From NCBI GenBank assembly GCA_040386275.1, contig JAZKFU010000003.1:46554-110553 (forward strand): 64,000 nucleotides of DNA, read 5' to 3'. Of this stretch, positions 48,234 to 57,939 are shown in pieces. The notes under the pieces are model-generated. The model was not told where the DNA came from. It did not search any database and saw nothing but the letters and a program-made list of their open reading frames with translations. Source of the stretch: Patescibacteria group bacterium (GTDB taxonomy: Bacteria > Patescibacteriota > Minisyncoccia > Phycocordibacterales > UBA918). Made by a program: the position numbers and the translations under genes. Position 1 is the first letter of the stretch, and each line of letters opens with the position of its first letter.

Positions 48234-49511
48234 CTAGCCAATTTTATTACTGCCAAAATATTTTTGTAAGACTTCAGGGATGGCAATAGAGCCGTCCGCT
48301 TGCTGGAAGTTTTCTACCAACGACACCAAAATCCGTGGCGTTGGGATAGCGGTACAGTTTAATGAGTGAGCGTAACGCATCACACCACCTTCATCTTTAT
48401 AGCGAATGTTAAAGCGACGGGTTTGGAAATCGTGGAAGTACGACGCCGAACTAATTTCGCGGTAGGTTTTTTCACCCGGCACCCAGAGTTCAATATCGTA
48501 TTTTTTCACCTGACCTTGCCCAATATCACCACCACAATTTAATACGGTGTGGTATGGAATGCCGAGAGATTCAATAAATTCTTCAGTATTGCGGTTTATC
48601 TCTTCGTGTAATCGGACACTCTCTTCGTGAGAGGCTTCACATAACACCACTTGTTCCACCTTAAAAAATTCATGCACCCGGATGAGGCCACGAGTATCTT
48701 TTCCATGACTACCGGCTTCACGTCGATAACACGGCGAAAACGCGAGGTGTTTAATCGGAAACATTGATTTATCCAGTACCTCATCAGCGTAAAAGCCCAT
48801 GGTTGAGACCTCACTGGTACCAATCAAGTAATCATCATCCTGAGTTTTGTATACGTCCTCTGCATCATTAGGGAGATGCCCCGTACCATAGAGGTTACTT
48901 TTACGTACTATAGTTGGCCCGAGCAATTGATCAAACCCTTTCGCACAGAAAAAATCATTTGCGTAGTTCCAAATTGCCCAGGACAACCGCGCGCCGGCAC
49001 CCGTCAGGAAATAGCCACGGAACCCATGCACTTTTACTCCCCGTTCAAAATCTACCATCTTTAAATTAGTCATCAATTCCACATGGTCTTTCATTGGAAA
49101 TGGCAAAGGGGCCGGAGTATCGGTTGAACCATTTGGGTTCCAAACTTTTACTTCCACGTTATCGGCGTCACTATCACCATCGGGTACCGACATATCCGGA
49201 ATGTTGGGTACTTGGAGCATGAGCGCTTTCCACTCATCCATAATTGGCTTGAGTTTTTCCTCATCAGCTTGAATCGACATCTTGAGGTTTTGCATCTCTT
49301 CGATTAATTGCGTGCGTACTTCAGGAGATGCTACTGCCACTTGACCAGACACCTGATTTTGAATGGCTTTTTTATTTTCAAGTTCAGTCATCACTGACTT
49401 ACGCGCTTCATCGAGGGACACCAACCGATCGAGATCAACTTTGATTTTCTTCTTGACCGCTGCCATCTTTACCAAGTCCACGTTCTCCCGAATAAATTTG
49501 ATGTCTAACAT
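48234..49511 (-). CDS. serS: Serine--tRNA ligase
   Basis: MLDIKFIREN, LIGTSE, CYRREAG, RGLIRVHEF-x-KVE, KKYDIE-x-W, EISSAS. Confidence 0.97.
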   Translation of the reverse strand: MLDIKFIRENVDLVKMAAVKKKIKVDLDRLVSLDEARKSVMTELENKKAIQNQVSGQVAVASPEVRTQLIEEMQNLKMSIQADEEKLKPIMDEWKALMLQVPNIPDMSVPDGDSDADNVEVKVWNPNGSTDTPAPLPFPMKDHVELMTNLKMVDFERGVKVHGFRGYFLTGAGARLSWAIWNYANDFFCAKGFDQLLGPTIVRKSNLYGTGHLPNDAEDVYKTQDDDYLIGTSEVSTMGFYADEVLDKSMFPIKHLAFSPCYRREAGSHGKDTRGLIRVHEFFKVEQVVLCEASHEESVRLHEEINRNTEEFIESLGIPYHTVLNCGGDIGQGQVKKYDIELWVPGEKTYREISSASYFHDFQTRRFNIRYKDEGGVMRYAHSLNCTAIPTPRILVSLVENFQQADGSIAIPEVLQKYFGSNKIG

Positions 49512-49562
49512 AATTCCCTTAGAATACTAGAAATTCACAGTAATTCAAATTTAAAGTGTTGC

Positions 49563-49592
49563 AAAAAAACAGCGTCTGCTAGACAGACGCTG
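49563..49592 (-). terminator. Intrinsic terminator closing the candidate ncRNA
   Basis: CAGCGTCTG-TCTAG-CAGACGCTG followed by T7 on the minus strand. Confidence 0.7.
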
Positions 49593-49800
49593 AATGAGAA
49601 GCTGAGGGTGTATAGATGTGTTGTGTCGGCTGAGCCCCACATCACACCCCCAGCGCAGCTTTTAGACGGAAAAGCCGCAAACAAAACCCAACTTCGAGCC
49701 AAGGACACACTTGGCTTATATCTCCATATACATGAGTCACGGGAGGGAGAATGTCTATGCTCCCAGCGCTCACAAAGAGGTCAAGCAACCTCTTTGATTT
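49563..49800 (-). ncRNA. Candidate structured non-coding RNA / serS leader
   Basis: Bounded by a consensus promoter and a terminator, contains a run of hairpins, and has no convincing ORF. Confidence 0.45.
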
Positions 49801-49805
49801 AAAAT

Positions 49806-49834
49806 ATAATACTACCTTAATACAATTTTGTCAA
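49806..49834 (-). promoter_or_regulatory. Sigma70-type promoter
   Basis: TTGACA (49834-49829), 17-nt spacer, TATTAT (49811-49806). Confidence 0.7.
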
Positions 49835-49876
49835 TTATAAAAACGGCGGGCTGTTAAAGGCCCGCCGCGATACATC

Positions 49877-50575
49877 TTAAAAATTGTAGCTCAGCGTCAA
49901 GCCGAACGTCGTCTGCTTAATTTTTGCCTCAAGCGTTTGGTTACCCATCTGCCCCAGACCAAACGGCTTGTTGGCATCAAACTGCATCTGAGTGGCCTTA
50001 AGTCCAATCGAGAAACGGTCTGAGACTGCGTACTGCACACCGATGGTGTACAAAGCACCCAATGCACCGCCTTCCTTGAAATCAGCCCACGAGCCAAAGG
50101 GTGTATCAAGCGAAAGCCCCATCGACAGATTGGTCGCCACCACTCCGGCGCCGACGTACAGATACACGCGCTCTTGTTTGCCCAGCACGAGTCCCAATTC
50201 ACCACCAGCCGATACCCGCAGGTCCGACGCAATGGTGAACGCCGCAGTCGATTTGTGGTCGTGCCAGTACTTGGCCCCACCGATGCTCCCATCATGAAGC
50301 GAAGCGTTCACTCCGAGACGAAGCTTGCTCTGCCCGAGCGGGAACCGATAGCCAAGCTCATAGGTAGTCACGTTTCCCGTCAGCGGAACATCGAGAATTT
50401 CCCCGAGGGAAATTATCGGTCCATAGTGCGAGAGCGTGAACTCACCATCGCTTTTGCTGGTACCCAGTGAAGCATAGACCCCCGTATAGGGACGCTTCGC
50501 TTCAGCGTTGGAATCGGTTGCGCCCGTCATCAGGGAAACAATCGCCACAGCCAGCATCATCACAACTTTTTTCAT
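49877..50575 (-). CDS. Outer-membrane beta-barrel-like protein (OmpA-TM/Omp25-like)
   Basis: Signal peptide, YTGVYASLG, alternating amphipathic strands (YELGYRF, YLYVGAG, GVQYAVSDRFSIGL), C-terminal LSYNF. Confidence 0.75.
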   Translation of the reverse strand: MKKVVMMLAVAIVSLMTGATDSNAEAKRPYTGVYASLGTSKSDGEFTLSHYGPIISLGEILDVPLTGNVTTYELGYRFPLGQSKLRLGVNASLHDGSIGGAKYWHDHKSTAAFTIASDLRVSAGGELGLVLGKQERVYLYVGAGVVATNLSMGLSLDTPFGSWADFKEGGALGALYTIGVQYAVSDRFSIGLKATQMQFDANKPFGLGQMGNQTLEAKIKQTTFGLTLSYNF

Positions 50576-50691
50576 AGTCCTGCCCTCTTTTTATGCTCAT
50601 TGTGAGCGTTCTACCAACTTATATAATAGCATAAATAATCAAAAAGTCAATGTTTGCACCGTCTCCTACTCATGGTGTGGTAGAATTTTGT

Positions 50692-51558
50692 ATGAGTTCG
50701 TTTACTATACGAAAGCTACTCTCTGAAGAATTTCCGCCGTTATTGGCAGAAATTCCCCAGCCACCAAAGGACTTATGGCTCGCGGGGTCCCTCCCTCCCC
50801 CGACGATTACCTTATTGTGTGTCGTTGGTTCTCGTAAATACACTACCTATGGTAAACAAGTGATTGATCACCTTATTGGCGGGTTGGCGGATTATCCAAT
50901 TGGTATTGTGTCGGGTTTGGCGCTTGGGGTTGATGGCCTGGCTCACGAAGCGGCCTTACGACATGGACTGTACACTATGGCGGTACCTGGTAGCGGTTTG
51001 GATGAATCCGTACTCTACCCCGCCAGTCACCGAAATCTCGCGCGCACCATCGTTGATAGCGGTGGTGGCTTACTCTCGGAACTGGCGCCAGAAACTCGTT
51101 CGGCACTCTGGACGTTTCCGCAACGGAATCGCATTATGGCCGGAATGTGTCCGGCCACGTTATTAATTGAAGCGGGTGAAAAATCAGGTACCTTGATTAC
51201 CGCCCGAATGTGCGTGGACTATAATCGCGAACTCTTGGTGGTGCCCGGGAATATATTTTCTCCAACCGCGCGCGGTACCCATCAATTTTTAAAACTCGGC
51301 GCCACCCCCGTGACTGACGCGACCGATATTTTGCAAGCGCTTGGGATAGATATCGAAACTGCAGCGGCTCCCAAAACACTTCCGTTACTTTCTCCCCTTG
51401 AGGCCAAGGTGATTTCATTACTTCATGAACCAACAGACCGCGACACGTTAATTCGACAACTTAATCTCCCAATTAGTGAAGCCGGCGTCATACTGATGCA
51501 AATGGAAATGCTCGGCTTAATTACTCTTGAATCTAATATCTACACCACCTTAGTCTAA
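50692..51558 (+). CDS. dprA: DNA-processing protein DprA
   Basis: VVGSRK-x-T-x-YG, IVSGLALGVDG-x-AH, FPQRNRIMAG, EAGEKSGTLITA. Likely start is 50692. Confidence 0.95.
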   Translation: MSSFTIRKLLSEEFPPLLAEIPQPPKDLWLAGSLPPPTITLLCVVGSRKYTTYGKQVIDHLIGGLADYPIGIVSGLALGVDGLAHEAALRHGLYTMAVPGSGLDESVLYPASHRNLARTIVDSGGGLLSELAPETRSALWTFPQRNRIMAGMCPATLLIEAGEKSGTLITARMCVDYNRELLVVPGNIFSPTARGTHQFLKLGATPVTDATDILQALGIDIETAAAPKTLPLLSPLEAKVISLLHEPTDRDTLIRQLNLPISEAGVILMQMEMLGLITLESNIYTTLV

Positions 51559-51615
51559 AGCTATTAATTGACAGAATGAAGGAAAGCTAGTATTTGTTAC
51601 AGAACTAACCTATAT

Positions 51616-53991
51616 ATGAGTATTACCACTAAAGCCAAAACCACCCTGGTGATTGTTGAGTCACCGGCCAAAGCCAAAACTATTGAAAAGTATCTGGGGA
51701 CTGGTTTTAAAGTGATGTCTTCAATTGGACACGTGCGGGATATCCCTAAAAGTAATAAAGACGCCGTTGATATTGAAGGCGGGTTTATTCCTCACTATAT
51801 TATTTCCCCTGGCAAAGAAAAAGTCATCGCCGGACTACGGGCAGCAGCTAAAAGTGCAGACACCGTATTACTGGCGTCCGACCCCGACCGTGAAGGTGAA
51901 GCGATTGCCTGGCACGTAGCTGAACTCATTAAAGACGTAAACAAAAAACTCAAACGAGTGGTTTTTAATGAAATTACTGAAGACGCCGTGAAAGCCGCTA
52001 TTTTGAAACCCCGCGATATTGATATTGATTTAAAAGAAGCTCAGGAGGCACGACGTATCCTCGATCGGTTGGTGGGCTACGATTTGTCGGGACTGATTTG
52101 GAAAAAAGTTCGGTACGGACTTTCTGCCGGACGGGTACAATCTCCAGCGTTGCGCATTGTGATGGAACGCGAGCGCGAAATCCGGGCCTTTATTCCGGAG
52201 GACTATTTTGTGCTCACGGCCCATACTACTGCCAAGAAATTAACCATTCCGTTTTTATGCACCGTTGAACCAAAGGAAGAGGTTGAAGCCAACCGCATCA
52301 AAAAAGTTGGTGAAAAAAGTGACTGGGCGGTGACCAATATTAAAGAAACTGATACCAAGCGCGTACCAAAGCCGCCATTTACCACCTCGACCTTGCAACA
52401 GGTAGCTTCGACGCGACTGGGGTTTTCGCCCTCACGCACCATGGGCGCAGCACAAAAATTATATGAAGCGGGACATATTACCTACATGCGTACCGACAGT
52501 ACGAATTTAAGTGAAGTAGCGTTGGCAAGCATGCACCAATTAATTGAAAAAGACTACGGTAAAAATTATCTCACGCCCCGCCGGTACAAAACCAATAGCA
52601 AGTCTGCTCAAGAGGCACACGAGGCAGTGAGACCGACTAATTTTAGAAAAATGAATGTTGGTGCTACGGCCGATCAAAAAGCGCTCTACGACTTGATATG
52701 GCGTCGTACCGTAGCTTCACAAATGGCAGACGCCGCCATGTTGCGCACAAAAGTCCTTGCCAATATAACCAACGCCAAAGAAACCATTCCTGATTTTGCC
52801 GTTAACGGTTCTCGCATTACGTTTGATGGCTGGCTTAAGGTAGACACCCGCGCGCGTGGTGAGGATACTGAAGTGCCAAAATTAATAGTTGGTGATGCCT
52901 TGGCGGTACAAGAAATTGCCATTGAAGCTAAACAGACCCAACCGCCAAGTCGTTACAGTGAAGCGGGTTTAATTAAAGAACTTGAAAAGCGCGGTATTGG
53001 TCGCCCATCAACCTACGCGAGCATCATGAAAACAATTACCGACCGCGGGTATGTATTAAAAGAAGGCCGAACTTTAATTCCGACCGACACCGGGGACGTT
53101 GTGTCGAGTTTCCTCGAGCAATATTTTGCTGACTATATTTCTGATACGTTCACCAGTGAAATGGAGGACCAGCTCGACGGCATCGCCGAAGGTACCCGCA
53201 CCTACAAAAAGACGCTAAAAGACTTTTATGGCCCGTTTCAAAAAGATGTGGCGAGTAAGGAAAACATTCCCAAGCTCACCAACCTTGGAGCCGGACCTGC
53301 GCAATTCCCCTGCCCTTTGTGTGGAAGCAAGATGGTTATCAAACTGGGTAAAGCCGGCACCTTCTTATCGTGTGATCGTTTCCCTGATTGTAACGGAGCT
53401 CGGATGATTGACGGCAGTGAATTAAAACCCGACGCACCAGTGGGAACTCATCCTGAAACTGGCGAAGATATATTTGTCATGAATGGTAAATTTGGACCGT
53501 ACGTACAGCTCGGCCCTAATCCCGAAAAAGTAAAAGGTAAAAAGATGCCGAGTCCCAAGCGCGCTAGCTTACCGGCGGGCATGAAGCCTGAAGACGTTAC
53601 ACTTGCTGATGCGGTGAAGTTCTTGCGTCTACCCCGCGAGTTAGGAGCCCACCCCAAAACAGGTGAACCGATTATTGCTAATACCGGGCAGTACGGCCCG
53701 TACCTGGCGCACGCCGGAGATTTTCGGTCACTCAAAGGTGCTGACGACCCATACGAAATTACCTACGAGCGAGCCTTAGAAATTTATGCTCAGGCCAAAA
53801 CCGCCCGCAAGGGAGAAAAGCTTCTCAAAGAACTCGGACTCAATCCCCTCACTAAAAAAATGGTTAACGTCTTTGAATCAAAATCAGGCAGATACCTCCG
53901 AAAAGGATTTAAACGCATTAGCATTCCTGAAGATATTAAAACTGAAGATTTGACGATTGAAGTTGCAATAGATTTACTAAAAGGCGGATAG
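51616..53991 (+). CDS. topA: DNA topoisomerase I
   Basis: LVIVESPAKAKTI, DPDREGEAI, SAGRVQS, ITYMRTDS, GIGRPSTY, one Zn ribbon and C-terminal repeats. Confidence 0.97.
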   Translation: MSITTKAKTTLVIVESPAKAKTIEKYLGTGFKVMSSIGHVRDIPKSNKDAVDIEGGFIPHYIISPGKEKVIAGLRAAAKSADTVLLASDPDREGEAIAWHVAELIKDVNKKLKRVVFNEITEDAVKAAILKPRDIDIDLKEAQEARRILDRLVGYDLSGLIWKKVRYGLSAGRVQSPALRIVMEREREIRAFIPEDYFVLTAHTTAKKLTIPFLCTVEPKEEVEANRIKKVGEKSDWAVTNIKETDTKRVPKPPFTTSTLQQVASTRLGFSPSRTMGAAQKLYEAGHITYMRTDSTNLSEVALASMHQLIEKDYGKNYLTPRRYKTNSKSAQEAHEAVRPTNFRKMNVGATADQKALYDLIWRRTVASQMADAAMLRTKVLANITNAKETIPDFAVNGSRITFDGWLKVDTRARGEDTEVPKLIVGDALAVQEIAIEAKQTQPPSRYSEAGLIKELEKRGIGRPSTYASIMKTITDRGYVLKEGRTLIPTDTGDVVSSFLEQYFADYISDTFTSEMEDQLDGIAEGTRTYKKTLKDFYGPFQKDVASKENIPKLTNLGAGPAQFPCPLCGSKMVIKLGKAGTFLSCDRFPDCNGARMIDGSELKPDAPVGTHPETGEDIFVMNGKFGPYVQLGPNPEKVKGKKMPSPKRASLPAGMKPEDVTLADAVKFLRLPRELGAHPKTGEPIIANTGQYGPYLAHAGDFRSLKGADDPYEITYERALEIYAQAKTARKGEKLLKELGLNPLTKKMVNVFESKSGRYLRKGFKRISIPEDIKTEDLTIEVAIDLLKGG

Positions 53992-54186
53992 CTTGAACGC
54001 GCACAAACGGTACACTTCTTTGTTGTGCTACGGTAAGTAAACATTCACCGTACAGAAGTACGGCTCATGATTACTTCCTTGCACGCCGCGAATTGTACTC
54101 ATTTGAGCGTGTTCAAATACAGAAAATGAATTACCGTCAACGATTTTATTTTCCTTGCTAATCATCCTTAAACTCCATACAATGGA

Positions 54187-55731
54187 ATGATGAAAACAGC
54201 TGAAGATATCATTGGTCAAATCCATTCTAATCTCGTAAGCGACAAAGAGCTGATTGTAAAAGCGTATGATTTTGCTACCAGTGCTCATACTGGTCACAAG
54301 CGATATTCCGGAGAACCGTACATGGAGCATGTCTCTCATGTGGCGTTTAAACTGGCCCAAATGGGGATGGGACCGCGCACGGTAGCGGCCGGGTTACTGC
54401 ATGACACTATTGAAGACACCCCGGTAACCATTACTGATATTAAACGAGAGTTTGGGGATGAGATTTTGTTTTTGGTAGAAGGGGTGACTAAGTTGAGTTC
54501 TGTTCGCTACTACGGAACTGACCGCCACAATGAATCCCTCCGGAAACTATTCGTCGCCACGAGCCAAGACATTAGGGTACTCATCATTAAATTAAATGAC
54601 CGCCTGCACAATATGGAAACACTGAACCATGTTCCACCAGAAAAACAATTACGCATTGCCCGCGAGACCTTAGAAATTTATGTCCCGATTGCACACCGTT
54701 TAGGAATGGGTAAAATTCGTAAGGAACTGGAAGATTTGGCATTTCCCTATGTGTACCCTGAGGAGTTTAAAAAAGTTATCACTTTAATGGAAAAACGGAG
54801 TGGCAAATTTAACGAACTTCTGGAACGTGAACGAAAGGTCTTGCAGAAACGGTTAGCCGACGCAAAGCTTTTAGATTTTCATACTTCATACCGCGTTAAA
54901 GGTTTATTCAGTTTGTACCATAAACTAAAACGAAAAGATTGGGACGTGGCTTCAGTCTATGACTTGCTCGCGATGCGAGTGGTCGTCAGTAACATGGAAG
55001 ATTGTTACCGCACCCTGGGTATCATTCATGAACTCTGGCGCCCATTACCAGGTCGGGTAAAAGATTATATTGCCTTCCCAAAACCCAACGGCTACAAATC
55101 CATTCACACTACTGTGACCACCCAAAACGGGATTATTTTAGAGATTCAAATTCGCACCAAAGACATGCATCAAGAATCCGAATTTGGTGTTGCCTCCCAC
55201 TTGATGTATAAGCCCCCGGTAATATCGGAAGGTACCGCGAGTAAATTTTCAAATCTTATCCCGTCGCTTTTCCGACCTTTTTCTAAGCGCGTAGTGGTTG
55301 ATGAAAAAATTAAAGAAAATAGCGCTGTCGCCCATAAGGACAAAATTCCTAATTGGATTAGTCAAATTAGTTCCATGTACACCAAAGACCAAAGTTCAGG
55401 AACTGAATTTATGAATGATATGCGAGAAGACTTTTTCTCGAATCGAATCTTTGTGTTTACCCCCAATGGAGACGTGGTAGATTTGCCGGTTGGCGCTACT
55501 CCGGTTGATTTAGCATTTGCCATTCACTCGGAAATTGGCAATCACATGGCGGGAGCAAAAGTGAATAAAAAGTTAGTGCAGTTTGATACGGTACTTCGTA
55601 ACGGAGACATTGTAGAAATCGAAACCAAAAAATCAGCCAAACCGACCAAAAAATGGCTCGATTTTGCTAAAACCTCAGTAGCTAAACGACACATTAGAGC
55701 CACCCTTGAAGCAGAAAACCCTACTACCTAA
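54187..55731 (+). CDS. rel: RelA/SpoT (p)ppGpp synthetase/hydrolase (HD-SYNTH-TGS)
   Basis: R-x-SGEPY, LLHDTIED, DRLHNM, DYIAFPKPNGY-x-SIHT, EIQIRT, and TGS region (FVFTP-x-G...AIHS). Confidence 0.93.
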   Translation: MMKTAEDIIGQIHSNLVSDKELIVKAYDFATSAHTGHKRYSGEPYMEHVSHVAFKLAQMGMGPRTVAAGLLHDTIEDTPVTITDIKREFGDEILFLVEGVTKLSSVRYYGTDRHNESLRKLFVATSQDIRVLIIKLNDRLHNMETLNHVPPEKQLRIARETLEIYVPIAHRLGMGKIRKELEDLAFPYVYPEEFKKVITLMEKRSGKFNELLERERKVLQKRLADAKLLDFHTSYRVKGLFSLYHKLKRKDWDVASVYDLLAMRVVVSNMEDCYRTLGIIHELWRPLPGRVKDYIAFPKPNGYKSIHTTVTTQNGIILEIQIRTKDMHQESEFGVASHLMYKPPVISEGTASKFSNLIPSLFRPFSKRVVVDEKIKENSAVAHKDKIPNWISQISSMYTKDQSSGTEFMNDMREDFFSNRIFVFTPNGDVVDLPVGATPVDLAFAIHSEIGNHMAGAKVNKKLVQFDTVLRNGDIVEIETKKSAKPTKKWLDFAKTSVAKRHIRATLEAENPTT

Positions 55732-55770
55732 TATAAAAAAGGCCCGAGAAATCCCGGACCTTTGTTGAGC

Positions 55771-56133
55771 TTACCGCTCGGAATGAACTTTTACATCAGA
55801 GTGTACCACTCCGGTCGTAGCAGACTTGATAGCACGTGCTATCAACGAAGCCTGCATCGTCACGACCTTGGGCTCACTTGATTCAATCTCGGGAGGCGCT
55901 TGCACCTCATGTTTACGTTGATAAATCCACCGACTCGTCACACGGTCAATCAGGGCATTGCTGTTTGGGTCAGCAACATACTGATTGGTACATCCCCCTT
56001 TACACGGCATCATAATCGCGAGCAATTCTTCTCGCGAATATTTCGTACTGTCCCCTGGCAACATGTAGAAGACTGGGTCTTCCTCTTCTTGGTTGTCGGT
56101 GGTTACGGCTTGTTTTTTTGCTTCGTAAGCCAT
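55771..56133 (-). CDS. Hypothetical protein (orphan)
   Basis: 120 aa, GAGG SD, flanked by hairpins. Confidence 0.55.
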   Translation of the reverse strand: MAYEAKKQAVTTDNQEEEDPVFYMLPGDSTKYSREELLAIMMPCKGGCTNQYVADPNSNALIDRVTSRWIYQRKHEVQAPPEIESSEPKVVTMQASLIARAIKSATTGVVHSDVKVHSER

Positions 56134-56266
56134 TATTTCCTCGTTCTTCTTTGGTTAAAGTTTCTGTTTTTCCGATAGTCTAATACACACCGGAAAGGTT
56201 TTTATATCAAACATACGCCCACCTGGCAAGGTTGGCGTATGTCATCGACTCGTTAGAAATCTCACC

Positions 56267-57808
56267 TTAAATAGAAAAGTCCCGAATAGAATACAGATCA
56301 CTCTCGTCTTTTACCGGAATTGCTGGCGATTGTGATACTACTTCTGCCGGTACAACTGCAGGTGGAATTGGCTCACTAGGTTGCGGAACAGGAGCTGCTG
56401 CCGGAGTAAATGATACTGGCTCAGGATTCGACGGCACTGGATTAGGCATGGCCGGAGCCATAACCGGTGCATTACCCATCAAGGACGCTAGTTGGTCTCT
56501 TAGTGAATTACTTGAAGCAACGGGAGTCGGCGCAGGAATGTGATTATGAGCAACATTCTCCGTGGCTGGGTTAGGTACAGCTGGTGCGATGACCTCTGAT
56601 TGTGGTGACGGTGACCACGTTTCAGATGGTGATTCTACTGCAGTGGTATCGATAACCAGTTCAGAAGTTACGACAGTGAGAGAATGGTCTGGGACAGGAA
56701 GGGTTGGTTCAGGAGTTTCAACTATTTCTGGTACCGAAAGGGGTATAAATGATGAAGCAGGTTCGGACATACCAGATGGCACTTCATTTACCCTCGGCTC
56801 CATCCACTCTGACTTTGGCATATTTGTCGGAGTATAGATAGATTTTTCTGGCACTAATTCTAAACCAGTTCGTTCAGTTAACGTTGCCAAGGCTTCAGCC
56901 TGTGAATCTGCGGGCGTGACCATGACTGCACCGACGCCGGCGACAACGGCCGCACCACTGACAGTAGCTCCTGAAGCAACTTTTTTAGCTTCACGTCGCA
57001 TCCCTTCCAGTATTTCTTCTAGGTCCTCTTGAGTAAAGTAATCAATGGACAACCGTCCGCCAAATTCAGTTTTAGTGATACTAACGCGAGTACCGAGAGT
57101 TTCCGTAAATTTCTTTTCCATCTCGAGCAAATCCGCGTCGTAATCATTCTTCTTCCGCATTTTTTCAGTCGCAATCCCCCGACTAATCCGCTCGACATCT
57201 CGTACCGATAGTTTTTTAAGTAGAGTCTCTCGAAACACTGTATCTTGTTCTTCGGGCCGGTCATTAAGCATCAACAATGCTCGACAATGCCCCTCAGAAA
57301 TATCACCCATCCGCAAAGCGGTCAGCATGTAATCAGGTAGTGCGAGCAACCGGATGGAGTTAGAAACGTACTCGCGACTGCGACCCATTTTTTTCGCTAC
57401 TTGAGAATGTGAGAGCCCGAACACATCCGCGAGCTGACGAAACGCAATGGCTCTATCAACCGCATTAAGATCTTCTCGTTGCAGGTTTTCGATAATCGCG
57501 AGTTCAAGCTTTTCCTGTTCACTTTGTTCCCCTTCACGAATAATCACCGGCACTTGGGCTACTCCGGCCATCTTACTCGCCCGCAGACGTCGCTCTCCGG
57601 CAATCAATTCATACTCACTGCGAAACGAACCATCTTCATTTTGAATTTCTTTTCGTGTGACGGTAAGTGGCTGCAGAATTCCGTACATCCGTACCGATTC
57701 AGCCAGCTCTTTTAATTTATCTTCATCAAATTCCCGCCGTGGTTGAAACGGATTGGGAACAATTTTTTCTACCTCAACCCAGAAAATTGAATCGCCTTGA
57801 AATGCCAT
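56267..57808 (-). CDS. parB: ParB/Spo0J partition protein with long low-complexity C-terminal extension
   Basis: PNPFQPRREF, GILQPL, IAGERRLRA, IIENLQREDLN, HTH (SREYVSN-x-x-RLL). Confidence 0.92.
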   Translation of the reverse strand: MAFQGDSIFWVEVEKIVPNPFQPRREFDEDKLKELAESVRMYGILQPLTVTRKEIQNEDGSFRSEYELIAGERRLRASKMAGVAQVPVIIREGEQSEQEKLELAIIENLQREDLNAVDRAIAFRQLADVFGLSHSQVAKKMGRSREYVSNSIRLLALPDYMLTALRMGDISEGHCRALLMLNDRPEEQDTVFRETLLKKLSVRDVERISRGIATEKMRKKNDYDADLLEMEKKFTETLGTRVSITKTEFGGRLSIDYFTQEDLEEILEGMRREAKKVASGATVSGAAVVAGVGAVMVTPADSQAEALATLTERTGLELVPEKSIYTPTNMPKSEWMEPRVNEVPSGMSEPASSFIPLSVPEIVETPEPTLPVPDHSLTVVTSELVIDTTAVESPSETWSPSPQSEVIAPAVPNPATENVAHNHIPAPTPVASSNSLRDQLASLMGNAPVMAPAMPNPVPSNPEPVSFTPAAAPVPQPSEPIPPAVVPAEVVSQSPAIPVKDESDLYSIRDFSI

Positions 57809-57939
57809 AAATAATAGATATACAGAAAATTACCTGAGCGTATCACCTCCCAAAAACCCTAACGGGTGCTCAACAGCTATTGTATCATACTACCCATTTT
57901 GGGGTGTTTATAAGTTTTTGTAACCCTTTAAATCTTTAA

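Noticed and set aside
49563-49800. T-box riboswitch upstream of serS; also ORF 49608-49802 (+)
   Set aside because: No T-box GGTGGnACC consensus or recognisable specifier stem is visible. The plus-strand ORF has no support and opposes the promoter/terminator orientation. Kept only as a generic ncRNA candidate.
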